A stretch of DNA of 21,799 nucleotides, from IMG/VR virus record IMGVR_UViG_3300037454_000941, positions 202,063-223,861 of that record; one strand, 5' to 3'. Positions within the stretch are counted from its first letter, which is position 1; each line of letters begins with the position of its first letter. Below the pieces are notes generated by a model. That model made no database searches, was not told the DNA's origin, and saw nothing but the letters and a program-made list of their open reading frames with translations. Shown piece after piece: positions 6,701 through 15,510 of this stretch. Made by a program: the position numbers and the translations under genes. The stretch is from a virus. Its lineage: Duplodnaviria; Heunggongvirae; Uroviricota; Caudoviricetes.

Positions 6701-9700
6701 TTTTACGTACGTAGGCGAAGAAGGCGCGAAGCAATTATACCGTCACATCAAGAGGATGATCCCCATTGTGGATACGGCACTCGACGAGCATTCGGACAAT
6801 CCGATTAGCAATAGCGTCGTTACGGAACAGTTGAATATTATCAACGAGAGCATAGCGAGCTTCACCAGCTACGTGGTGGTCGATCCGGTTCAGGATGACC
6901 CCGACCGCCATCCGGATGTACCGGTGGGCAGCCGCTCGACGAAGTATATCTATCTCGTACAGGAAAATGAGGGAAGCGCCACCGAGGATACGTTCGCGGA
7001 GTGGATATGGTGTGTACCCGGCGGCCAGGCGGAATCGTATTGGCAGAAAATCGGTACGACTGCAACTCAGCCTGGGGCGATCAACTCGTGGATGCAGTGG
7101 TCGATTGACCACCAGTCGGTTGGCGATTCTGATTCCATCTACATCGGTCAGCGCAACGCGGCCTACGGCCATTCGATCCTGTTCGGTGAAGACAACTTGA
7201 CCGACATCGACGCCGGTGCAAAAAATCATGCGACCCTAGTCGGATTTGGTAACTATTCCACAAGTGATTTGGGCTCGTACACGGCACACACGTTAATTAC
7301 GCCGGACAATGCGTCGGATCTGCGCGATGGGTTTTGGGGGGACTTCCAGAGTATTCTCGTTGCTGCAAGGGATTTCTTGCTCACCACCAACCAGTACACG
7401 CAGGAACAGGTAAATGAGTGGTACGATTCACAGCGTTATGAAGTATCCAACACTTTGTTTACTGGCGACGATGGTTACGAACCATATCCATATTTGTATA
7501 GCGAGATTGCATCTTATTTAGCAACCGATTACCTCGGTGAGTATTCGTACTCACAGTATTTGTGCTCGCCGACTCGTATGATGGATTCGGAAACCCTCAA
7601 TTCGTTTGGATACCTCTTCTATGGATGGGATGATGCTGATGAAACAGAGCGCAAAACAATAATATCAACCTTATTGGATACGCCAGAATTAATCGCTTAC
7701 TTTAGCAATGACTACGTGGCTTTGTTTGAGAAATTCGTCGATGTCGGTGCGACAAACTTGGCCACCTACGAAATGTACTTGCTCGAACTGGTCTCTAATA
7801 TGATATATTATTGGAGCCCGTTGCTTGAGAATTCCACATTCACTGATGCAACCCAAGCGAAGACATTCTTCTACTATGCCGCTGCGATAGAATTCTTTAG
7901 AAAATCGGCAGAAAACTACCGGCTTGATCATATTGTCCGTATACCGTTTAGGAAAGCCGGTGTGTGGTGCAACTCTATCCTGATGGGTGTTGGCAACGAG
8001 TCGTATCACCACAACTCCATCTTGCTGGGCGCATACAACCGTTCGTTGGCACCTATTGACTCACATGGCAAATCCGAGAATACCGACGATGACGGATTCG
8101 GTCTCGCAATCGGTAACTGCAACGTGGTCGGTCGCAACTACGACATCGCCCTGGGCTTCAACTCGATGGCGAATGGCGGCGAGAACCTGGCCATTCATCA
8201 CTCTTATGCCGGCGGGTACCGCAACGTCTCGATGATGAGCTCGTACATTACCGGTACGGCTAATATGGGTATAATCGAATCCAAGTTGAACACCTATGGA
8301 ATAGACGAAACCGACACGTACTGCGCTCGAAACTTCCTGGTTGCATCCGAAGTGGATTACGATACGGAAACCGACAAGAAATCAAAATATGCCGGTTCGA
8401 GCGTATTGACCGACAACATGATGGTCGGTGCCCGTATCACGTTTGGTACAACCGAAGATGGGTATGGCGCATATTCGCGCAACATAGTCATGATGTCGCC
8501 AGCTGGATATGAGAGCTACACCACTTCGATATGCGCACCTTCGGCAAACGATAACATCCTGATTGATCCGTTGCATAACACTCCGTGGGACCAATATTCC
8601 ACTTATCCAACATATATCGAAATCAGTAATGCGTTTGACCGAAACACGATACTACATGCGAGGGTTGATGCCGAATGGTTTAGCAGCGTAACTGACAACA
8701 TATTCATCAATTCAGTAAACTGGTTCTGGGGTGATGATTACCAGGATGATAATTCATATCCCCCAAACCGGACAGCGGCCAGAAACTTGGTAATTGGGTC
8801 TATCATCGACGCAGAAGTGTACACGTCGTATTCCATCGACAATAACGTGCTGACGCAAGGATCGATGTTACATGTAACGAACAACGAGGAGATTGAGCCA
8901 AGCGGACCATCGGTATCAAAAAATGTACTGATGAACGGAGCCTACCTAAAATCATCATCCAACGAAACCGTTGAAGCCAAAAATGGCAACCCATATTGGG
9001 GAAATGGGTGGGATTATACCAAAAATACGGTTCTGTTTGGTGCATATGGCGAAGGGTTGCTTGGGTGCTTCTCCCACAGCGAAAATGCTGATTGCACCTC
9101 GGACGACTGGTATGATTCCGACACAAGGAATTACATTCCGTATATCATGGATTCCATGAAACTGGATCTACCTTATTACCTTACACTCGACGCATGGATG
9201 GTGAACTCCAGGGCTACCGTGAACTTCGGCGATAACTTCGTCGGGGATGCGAATTGCTCGTTCGTTACCGGTGAAAACAACGTTGTGAACGGCATTGACT
9301 ATGCAAACATCCACGGCAACAGGAACCTGGTTAACAATGCGGACGGCGGTGGAGTAGCTCGTATACCGCACCTGACCATTTCTGGTTCCGAGAACAAGGT
9401 GTACAATTTGTACGGCGCGTATGGCGACGAGTTCTGTGGGAATACTATATATGGGCGACGCAACTACCTGTGTGGCGTAGCCATCATGGACTCGACGGTG
9501 ACCGGGCGAGAAAACGACTTGTCCGGTGTCGATCCGGTTCGTCTCAGTGTCGAGCAGATTATCGACTATCAGAGTCGGTATGCTCTGTCGAATCAGTCGT
9601 CCTACCCCAAATACTTCATTGCTACGGAAACCGGTGATGTGAATCTGTACTGCTTTGGCAAAGTCAATCAATATGATGTAGACGGAACGATTTATACAGT

Positions 9701-10778
9701 CAAGTGGCGAGTGTTTGCTGGAAAAATCTATAAATTCATACCAGATTATTACGAATTCAATACAAAACGTCTGAACGTCATGCCGGATCAGCGATATGAC
9801 GTATATGGCGAAGACTACAATGATGACGGCGATAACATGTATGAGTATGATCAGGCGTTTAACGACTATATCACCGCATGGGCGGAAAATTATTTCAGCG
9901 AAGAGCCTTGGGATTACTACGTTTACTATCTGCCGAAATATCGCCAACCGGACAAGCACATTGATAGCGATATGGGATACCTTATCGACCGTGCCTTCGT
10001 GGTCGGCCAGCAAAACCACATCGGTTCGTTCAACGTCGGCCACAGCATTTTTGGTTCCAACAACAGGATAGTTAATACTCTGTTCGATATTAACAAGTCC
10101 GGTGAACCATTCTGTCTGAGCAATTCTTTTGTCCAAGGTAATGACAACTGGGCCGAAAATGGAAGCAACCAGGTGCTCATGGGTAACGGCATCGTCGCAT
10201 ACGGACACAACTCGGTCGCTATCGGTACCCAGCTCGTGTCCGACCAGTGGCAGACCGTTCTCGGCAAGTACAATGCTCCGAAACCCGGCCCGGCTCGTAT
10301 CAAGGAATTTTACCACCAAGAAGATTCGTATGACCGTTCCGATGTAGTGTACAAGCAAGACGCTAGTGGACAGATTGGAAAATTCTACGAAGCACAGGAT
10401 GACATTGAAGCTGGTACCCCGTGGGATGAATCCCTGTGGAAAGAAATTCCATCCCCAGATAGAAACAAGGCACTGTTCATTATCGGCAATGGCTATAGCG
10501 AACGTGACGATCTGATGTGGCAAGACGAACAGTACATCAAGCGCTCAAATGCGTTCACCGTGTATGCGGACGGTACTGTTGAGGCTCGCCGGTTCGTCTC
10601 CAGTGAGGATGACGCTTCGTTGACCGAAGGAGATGGTATCAGCATCATAGAAGACTCCAATGGCGTGACCATATCTATCAAACCGCCGACCAATCCGGAA
10701 CGCCGGCACGTCCTCGAATGGGATCCAGTCGATCGCAAGGTCAAGTGGGTGGAAGTGGGCATGTATAGCCCAGAGTAA
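6693..10778 (+). CDS. Large tail fiber/adhesin (1361 aa) with YadA-head-like beta-solenoid repeats and inserted domains
   Basis: GAGGT RBS and 8-nt overlap with the upstream gene. N-terminal phage fiber motifs (VDTALDEHSDNPISNSVV; KYIYLV...EWIW...WQKIG), many S(I/V)(A/L)(I/M)GxxN repeats, and C-terminal QTVLGKYN...LFIIGNG...RSNAFTVYADG. Confidence 0.8.
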   Translation: MANFTYVGEEGAKQLYRHIKRMIPIVDTALDEHSDNPISNSVVTEQLNIINESIASFTSYVVVDPVQDDPDRHPDVPVGSRSTKYIYLVQENEGSATEDTFAEWIWCVPGGQAESYWQKIGTTATQPGAINSWMQWSIDHQSVGDSDSIYIGQRNAAYGHSILFGEDNLTDIDAGAKNHATLVGFGNYSTSDLGSYTAHTLITPDNASDLRDGFWGDFQSILVAARDFLLTTNQYTQEQVNEWYDSQRYEVSNTLFTGDDGYEPYPYLYSEIASYLATDYLGEYSYSQYLCSPTRMMDSETLNSFGYLFYGWDDADETERKTIISTLLDTPELIAYFSNDYVALFEKFVDVGATNLATYEMYLLELVSNMIYYWSPLLENSTFTDATQAKTFFYYAAAIEFFRKSAENYRLDHIVRIPFRKAGVWCNSILMGVGNESYHHNSILLGAYNRSLAPIDSHGKSENTDDDGFGLAIGNCNVVGRNYDIALGFNSMANGGENLAIHHSYAGGYRNVSMMSSYITGTANMGIIESKLNTYGIDETDTYCARNFLVASEVDYDTETDKKSKYAGSSVLTDNMMVGARITFGTTEDGYGAYSRNIVMMSPAGYESYTTSICAPSANDNILIDPLHNTPWDQYSTYPTYIEISNAFDRNTILHARVDAEWFSSVTDNIFINSVNWFWGDDYQDDNSYPPNRTAARNLVIGSIIDAEVYTSYSIDNNVLTQGSMLHVTNNEEIEPSGPSVSKNVLMNGAYLKSSSNETVEAKNGNPYWGNGWDYTKNTVLFGAYGEGLLGCFSHSENADCTSDDWYDSDTRNYIPYIMDSMKLDLPYYLTLDAWMVNSRATVNFGDNFVGDANCSFVTGENNVVNGIDYANIHGNRNLVNNADGGGVARIPHLTISGSENKVYNLYGAYGDEFCGNTIYGRRNYLCGVAIMDSTVTGRENDLSGVDPVRLSVEQIIDYQSRYALSNQSSYPKYFIATETGDVNLYCFGKVNQYDVDGTIYTVKWRVFAGKIYKFIPDYYEFNTKRLNVMPDQRYDVYGEDYNDDGDNMYEYDQAFNDYITAWAENYFSEEPWDYYVYYLPKYRQPDKHIDSDMGYLIDRAFVVGQQNHIGSFNVGHSIFGSNNRIVNTLFDINKSGEPFCLSNSFVQGNDNWAENGSNQVLMGNGIVAYGHNSVAIGTQLVSDQWQTVLGKYNAPKPGPARIKEFYHQEDSYDRSDVVYKQDASGQIGKFYEAQDDIEAGTPWDESLWKEIPSPDRNKALFIIGNGYSERDDLMWQDEQYIKRSNAFTVYADGTVEARRFVSSEDDASLTEGDGISIIEDSNGVTISIKPPTNPERRHVLEWDPVDRKVKWVEVGMYSPE

Positions 10779-10791
10779 TGGAGGATATCTG

Positions 10792-13700
10792 ATGTCCGAC
10801 CAGCCGTATATCACCACGCCGAGCGGTAGACGTATCCGCATCGGGGACAAGAAGAACGGAATGCTGCTCAGGAAGCACCCACCGGCATACACGGTCACAT
10901 TCGTGTCGAATTGCGAATGGGCAGAAGCGAGCGTATCTTCCGTACACGTATACGATGGGGGCTCAGTAACCGTCCCTCTCGTACTCACCATGGGAGCCGA
11001 CTACACCTATGTCGGCGCTATCGGTGGTACAGTCAGCGAGGCTGGGGTGACGGTGGAGAATGTCACAAGTGATGTTGAAGTTACGCTAGTCCCGGCAAAA
11101 GAACCGTATGTGATTTCCGTCGAGTCATTGTGTGACTGGGCGTCTACCGAATCGGAGAGTTACTACGGATTCGAGGGTCATACGGCTACCATCCCAGTGA
11201 CACTTATCGACGGCGCAGACGAATCTACGATCTCTGTGACTGGCGGCGTACTATCCAATAATGCCATCGTCATCGCCGATGTCCAATCCGATATCAACGT
11301 GACAATCAGTCCGGTCAAGGTACAGGTTATGCCAGACTTGTCAAATACCGAGTCAATAATTGCGATTGTTCCTAGCGTAGCATATGCCACGCCAGGTGCG
11401 ACTACTGAATTTATTGTGACCTATGCGGAAGGGTGTGGGGCGGATGATGTCAAGGTGGACAACGGCACATTCAATGGCAATGTATTAACATATATAGTAC
11501 CGGTTGATACCTGGTCGATACGTCCGGCCATTACGGACAATGTCTCCAATATCGAGGTATTAATTGGTTCCGGAGAATCATCCAGAAGTGACATACCACT
11601 TAATACGTATTATAAGTATTCACTTACCGAGCAGTTATACGAAGCGGCTGAAATTGGTGCGATTGGAACAATTAAAACGATTGCCTTCTATATTGTTACA
11701 CCGGATTCATCGACTCGTACTATTGACATCTACATGGCCCATACCAATAAAACCGCATTTAGCAGCTATAACGACTGGGTATCCATGAGCGACTCCGACA
11801 AAGTATTTAGTGGAACCATATATTGCGGTACGACCGGTTGGCATGAATTAACATTGACAACACCATTCGAGTACGATGGACATAGTAATCTCCTTATAAT
11901 GGTTGATGATAATACAGGTGCGTACAACAGTTCCGGATACTTTGCCACGTTTGACGGAAGCAATGGTTCTACGTTGTATATATACAATGATAATACCAAT
12001 TATTCCCCAGAATCAGCGGCTACGTATGGTGGATCAATAACAACCTCCAAAAACCAGCTAAAAATGGTTATTTCTGGCGAACGATTATATACAATCACCA
12101 TCGACAGTTCCGCATGTCCGTGGGCATCTACAGAAATAGACAGCACCATTGCAAGGCTTGGTGACACCATCAGTATACCGGTTACCCTTAGTAATGGCGC
12201 CGATTTCTCCACCATTTCAGTAAGCGGCGGAACAGTAGTCAACGGTGCGATCGTTATAACTAACATCCAATCCAACGTTAACGTCGTGATTAGCCCAGCG
12301 AAGGTGCAAATTATACCAGATATTTCCTCGACTGACAGGGTTATCGCAATTACGCCAAGCGTTATATATGGAGTTCCGGGTGATACGGCAACCTTCACGG
12401 TCACTTATGCTGACGGATATGGCGATGAAGACGTGACTGTACCAGGCGGCAGTTTCGACGACAGTACAATGTCTTACTTAGTACCAAGCGATGTATGGTA
12501 TATCTACCCGAAAATTGAAGATGTATACGACAATAGAGAAATAACTATTGGCAATGAATCTAGTTCAACAGGGTATTATCCAATAAGAAATGGATACTAC
12601 TATACTGCTTGCGAACAAATAATTACCGCAAACGAAATTGGAACCGCAGCCACAATTAAATCGGTTTCGTTTAAGGTGCCTCAATATTCATCTTCATCAC
12701 CTACAATCAGATGTGTCGATTTATATATAAAACATACAAATAAGACGCAGTTTAGCTCAACAACTAGCTGGATAATCCCATCCGACGATGATAAAGTATA
12801 TAGTGGACTGATATATATCGGTGCAACCGGATGGTTTGAAATGCAATTAAATAAGCCATTTGTATACAACGGTTCAGACTATTTACTCATAGCATTAATT
12901 GACAACTCCGGGGAATCCTTGGCGGGAATTTATTTCTCGACGATTTCATCTAGTTCTAATAAGGTGTTGTATGCCAGCAATAACAATGACCCGTACACAC
13001 CGGAAAACCTTAGCTTGACCACTGGCACCCGTAGTAACTATCGAACATACTGGAAAATGATACTCAGTAACAAGCCAGTCGATAGAAGCGAAACCACTAT
13101 TGGTGTGGGTTTCGGCCCAGTTATACATTCTCTGTATATTTATGCCCAAGTAAGTCGTCAATATGCGATAAAACAGCAAATTATACTTGCAAACGAAGTG
13201 AATATGGCTGGCCCGATAACAAAATTATCGCTGTACGTGTCCTATGTATCCAGCGGCAACCGCAACGTTGATGTATATCTAGGTTATACAAATGTTTCAT
13301 CGTATGCAAGTGCATCCGATATGATTACTCAACCAGCAGGCAACAAAGTATTTAGCGGAACGATAAATATGTCCCAAATTGGCTGGCTTGAAATACCCTT
13401 GGATACTCCATTCAACTACAACGGCGTAAATAATTTGCTGGTTACAATTAACGACAAGACCGGCACAGGTCTAAGTACGGACGCTCGAGTATATGGATAT
13501 CAGGTTGCCGGTAATAGCAGATTTATTTCTAAATATAATTCAAGTGCATATGACCCAGCCGATAGTAATACACTACGCTATGGTACAGGTTACACCAGTC
13601 AGTTTTGTATGGTCACAAATCTGACGTTCAAAACCGACAGTCCAGTTTATACTGTCTCGATTGAAACCAACTGCACGTGGGTATCTCCGAGAACAACTCA

Positions 13701-14541
13701 CATATCGACCACAGAAGGTAACTCGGTCGCGATACCGATTACGTTTACTGAGGGGGCCGATAGTTCGACTATTTCAATCAGTGGCGGAACACTCGTTAAC
13801 GGCGCAATCGTTGTATCGGACATACAATCGGATGTAACGGTAACAATAAACCCGGCCAAGGTACAGGTCAATGCCAGCTTGGTAGACACTAACGTAATCA
13901 CAGCAATATCGCCCACTTGCCAGTACGTATCGCCGGGGGACACCGCCCAGATTACATGCACGTATGCTTCGGGCATGAGTGCATCCGATGTGACGGTCAG
14001 CACGGGAACCATAACCGGTAATACTTGGTATATCCCAACCTCATCGGCTAATTGGGTCATATCCGCTTCGGCGTACACGGCTGGCAGCGGTTATACCTAT
14101 TTCAAGCTGGACATTACCGCGAACAAGGGCGATTCCTACCTTCAAGTGTCCGAACTTGAGCTCTATACCCAATCAGGCGACAAAATACCGCTGGAATATG
14201 TGGACGGAACGGCAGGAAACAACACAAACGAAAGCGGGGCCAAGCTGTGTGACGGATCGACCAGCACTAAATTCTGCTGTCGATTCAATTCATCCGTGGG
14301 TGCATACCATATATTCCGTACGTCATCCGAGACCAACGTCGCATATTACCGGATGGCCACGGCCAACGACAGTTCCCAGTACCCGACCAGGAATCCGTAT
14401 TCATGGACACTCTGTGGTTCGGCTACGGCAGTCACGTCGCGTACCGATAGTTCATGGGTAGTTCTGGACCGCCGTACAAACGATAATACTATGGGGTCAA
14501 CGAATTACACGTTCTACGACTTCACTGTGAACGGAGGTTAA
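10792..14541 (+). CDS. Multidomain Ser/Thr-rich adhesin-like protein (1249 aa): Ig-like repeats, three ~170 aa beta-sandwich modules and a C-terminal discoidin/CBM32-like domain
   Basis: GGAGG RBS; no signal peptide (short basic N-terminus); internal protein repeats are directly visible. Confidence 0.8.
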   Translation: MSDQPYITTPSGRRIRIGDKKNGMLLRKHPPAYTVTFVSNCEWAEASVSSVHVYDGGSVTVPLVLTMGADYTYVGAIGGTVSEAGVTVENVTSDVEVTLVPAKEPYVISVESLCDWASTESESYYGFEGHTATIPVTLIDGADESTISVTGGVLSNNAIVIADVQSDINVTISPVKVQVMPDLSNTESIIAIVPSVAYATPGATTEFIVTYAEGCGADDVKVDNGTFNGNVLTYIVPVDTWSIRPAITDNVSNIEVLIGSGESSRSDIPLNTYYKYSLTEQLYEAAEIGAIGTIKTIAFYIVTPDSSTRTIDIYMAHTNKTAFSSYNDWVSMSDSDKVFSGTIYCGTTGWHELTLTTPFEYDGHSNLLIMVDDNTGAYNSSGYFATFDGSNGSTLYIYNDNTNYSPESAATYGGSITTSKNQLKMVISGERLYTITIDSSACPWASTEIDSTIARLGDTISIPVTLSNGADFSTISVSGGTVVNGAIVITNIQSNVNVVISPAKVQIIPDISSTDRVIAITPSVIYGVPGDTATFTVTYADGYGDEDVTVPGGSFDDSTMSYLVPSDVWYIYPKIEDVYDNREITIGNESSSTGYYPIRNGYYYTACEQIITANEIGTAATIKSVSFKVPQYSSSSPTIRCVDLYIKHTNKTQFSSTTSWIIPSDDDKVYSGLIYIGATGWFEMQLNKPFVYNGSDYLLIALIDNSGESLAGIYFSTISSSSNKVLYASNNNDPYTPENLSLTTGTRSNYRTYWKMILSNKPVDRSETTIGVGFGPVIHSLYIYAQVSRQYAIKQQIILANEVNMAGPITKLSLYVSYVSSGNRNVDVYLGYTNVSSYASASDMITQPAGNKVFSGTINMSQIGWLEIPLDTPFNYNGVNNLLVTINDKTGTGLSTDARVYGYQVAGNSRFISKYNSSAYDPADSNTLRYGTGYTSQFCMVTNLTFKTDSPVYTVSIETNCTWVSPRTTHISTTEGNSVAIPITFTEGADSSTISISGGTLVNGAIVVSDIQSDVTVTINPAKVQVNASLVDTNVITAISPTCQYVSPGDTAQITCTYASGMSASDVTVSTGTITGNTWYIPTSSANWVISASAYTAGSGYTYFKLDITANKGDSYLQVSELELYTQSGDKIPLEYVDGTAGNNTNESGAKLCDGSTSTKFCCRFNSSVGAYHIFRTSSETNVAYYRMATANDSSQYPTRNPYSWTLCGSATAVTSRTDSSWVVLDRRTNDNTMGSTNYTFYDFTVNGG
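10888..14075 (+). repeat. Four copies of an Ig-like protein repeat (about 10888-11100 half copy, 11107-11540, 12085-12520, 13645-14075)
   Basis: Recurring YTx(T/S)...C.W.S......G....IP(V/I)T...GAD.STIS(V/I)(S/T)GG....AIV....QS...V.I.PAKVQ...PG.T....TYA.G. Confidence 0.85.
11551..13632 (+). repeat. Three copies of a ~170 aa module (11551-12075, 12535-13068, 13090-13632)
   Basis: Shared pattern IG...P...Y.Y...QI..A.E(I/V)G..G.I.......R..D(I/L/V)Y...T(N)...........KV(F/Y)SG......GW.E..L..PF.Y(D/N)G...LL....D.(T/S)G. Confidence 0.85.
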
Positions 14542-14542
14542 C

Positions 14543-15457
14543 GTGCGGATCGCGGTCGCCATACCCAACCATAACCAGCACTCGATGGTACGCGAGACCA
14601 TCGCTATGCTGTATTCCGGTACGGTCAAGCCAGCCGCAATCTACGTGATGTCTGATGCCAAGCCGTACTGGAATCTTCCGGGTGACCAAGGGAATGTCAT
14701 CCCGCTCAATAACTTCAATAAATTCATCGGACGTTGCGGAAACCGGAACTCGGTTGTCGAACATTTCCTCTATTCCGGATATGACTCGCTGGTATTCATT
14801 GACGGGGACTGCTATCCGGATTCCCCTGACTTTCTTGCCAAATACGAGACTTTGCTGGAAAACCACGACCTGGTATTCGGTACGCGCCGGCACGATGACG
14901 TGTCATCGCTCGCCATGCCACCATCGGACCTCCTAACGGCCAACATGGACAACCTATGGTCAGGCAACCCGGTCGACTATCGGGACTTGAGACTTGTCTC
15001 CGGCGCGGTGGAGGCCTGGAATGCATCCAAGACGTTCTCGGAACGTCTCGACCTTATGCTCACGGGAATGATCGGTTGGAGCTGCAACTTCGGTTTCTCG
15101 CGCAACGGCATTGCCAAGCTCAGGAATTTCCAGAAAAGGGTCTACGGGCTCGACGAAGGTATCTTCGACTCCGGGGCGTTCGGCAATGGATGGGGATATG
15201 AGGATGTTGCGATGGGGCTGGATGCACTATATGCCGGGCTGGACATATCCATAACCGACTCGGTGCAGGTCGGCCACCGTTCCCATGACCGTTCGGACGG
15301 CCTTTTCGACCACGTCAAGGGACGACATGCCATTATGGAACGGGCGAGGATGCTGGGGCGGTACGTGGCCTCCAGGCACACTGTGGCGAAGGTCGCCGCC
15401 GTGGCCGCATCGTTCTTCATCGGCGGCTTTGTCACGGCCATCTGCGCATTCTTCTAG
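14543..15457 (+). CDS. GT-A fold glycosyltransferase (GT2-like with Glyco_transf_7C-like motif) with C-terminal membrane anchor
   Basis: GGAGGT RBS and GTG start. Motifs IAVAIPNHN, VFIDGDC (DxD), WSCNFGF, GWGYEDVAMG and GHRSH. Hydrophobic tail VAAVAASFFIGGFVTAICAFF. Confidence 0.85.
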   Translation: MRIAVAIPNHNQHSMVRETIAMLYSGTVKPAAIYVMSDAKPYWNLPGDQGNVIPLNNFNKFIGRCGNRNSVVEHFLYSGYDSLVFIDGDCYPDSPDFLAKYETLLENHDLVFGTRRHDDVSSLAMPPSDLLTANMDNLWSGNPVDYRDLRLVSGAVEAWNASKTFSERLDLMLTGMIGWSCNFGFSRNGIAKLRNFQKRVYGLDEGIFDSGAFGNGWGYEDVAMGLDALYAGLDISITDSVQVGHRSHDRSDGLFDHVKGRHAIMERARMLGRYVASRHTVAKVAAVAASFFIGGFVTAICAFF

Positions 15458-15469
15458 GCTCTCCGATCA

Positions 15470-15477
15470 TATAAACT
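15470..15477 (+). promoter_or_regulatory. Candidate late-promoter/-10 element TATAAACT upstream of the giant ORF
   Basis: Lies in the 53-nt AT-rich gap; identical to the motif at 5769. Confidence 0.35.
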
Positions 15478-15510
15478 CCGATTAAACGTAGTTTTAACCG
15501 AGAGCCACCT

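Noticed and set aside
9168-10523. 451 aa antisense ORF (also 15589-16593, 5350-6150, 1839-2432 and others)
   Set aside because: These are shadows of the + strand genes caused by codon bias. They have no recognisable motifs and lie fully over well-supported CDSs.
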